The notes below the pieces were generated by a model that saw nothing but the letters and a program-made list of their open reading frames with translations, made no database searches and was not told where the DNA came from. Shown here one piece after another: positions 63,370-64,000 of a stretch of DNA of 64,000 nucleotides; position 1 is the stretch's first letter, and each line of letters opens with the position of its first letter. Origin of the DNA: Lama guanicoe (Eukaryota); assembly GCA_013239625.1 (NCBI GenBank), contig MU054120.1, positions 496,001 through 560,000 on the forward strand, written 5' to 3'. The position numbers and the translations under genes were made by a program.

Positions 63370-64000
63370 ATTAATCTAAGAGTATGGTGTCAGTTTAATT
63401 AATAGTGAACAATAGTACTGATAGTTTCAAATTTGGGACTTTTCCTCATAAGAGTTTACTCAACATTACATTTCCAGTGCCTTTGTTGTGTGCATATTCA
63501 TATAAATAGCAAACTGAAACAAAATTCTGTTGACCTTTTCCAACTTCACCTGAGCATGAACTTTCTTATCAATTCTTTTAAACATTATACATAGATTTTT
63601 TTTAGGTATGTTAGATTCAAGCATCTGATTTAGAGATTAACCTGCAGCTTAAAGTCACCTTGAGCTTTGAATGGTAAAAAAAAAAAAAATCTGCGCTGTT
63701 CCTCAGATAACTGAGGTGATGTAAACTATAGCTTAAGTTGGAATGACTGCCTGACCCTCCCCCTCCTGGCTCTAATATTTTGGTAAACTTTATAAATTTT
63801 AACTGTTTTTCTCCACCAAAGTTCAGTGTGTATTTTTGGTATAGAAGGCAAATTATAACACACACTCCCTTGATTAATGGGAAACAAAGAACTTTCCATG
63901 AGATGGGAAATTTCAGATAACTTTGGTCAAGAAGAAATATATATCTGTCATATATATATATATCTTCCCTGTCCCCATGTATCTGATGACACATCATGGA

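Overview
Mammalian genomic DNA, AT-rich and repeat-dense. A tRNA-derived SINE of the vic-1 type and the L1 3' UTR style suggest a camelid (inference). I could not recognise any host protein-coding exon or RNA gene, so the window is intergenic or deep intronic. Every ORF in the supplied track is either an L1/ERV remnant or unrecognisable. Main contents: (1) a decayed full-length L1 on the minus strand (2435-8916) with a 14-bp TSD, ORF1/ORF2 remnants, an internal ORF2 deletion and a doubled 3' end; (2) many 5'-truncated L1s, several with readable TSDs, nested in older elements or stacked at one target site; (3) solo LTRs (MLT2, MLT1A, older MLT1, three ERV1-type); (4) a fossil class III (ERV-L-like) pol segment with RNase H and integrase motifs that the ORF track largely misses; (5) MIR, L2 and L3 relics and MER20/MER3/MER5/MER8-type DNA-transposon fossils; (6) microsatellites, three perfect palindromes, two G-quadruplex motifs, a small CpG-rich island and an old L1 with unusually many CpGs. 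I found no evidence of a novel biological system. The findings are structural and evolutionary curiosities and candidate regulatory elements. Repeat family names come from remembered consensus similarity, boundaries of old elements are approximate, and counts were done by eye.
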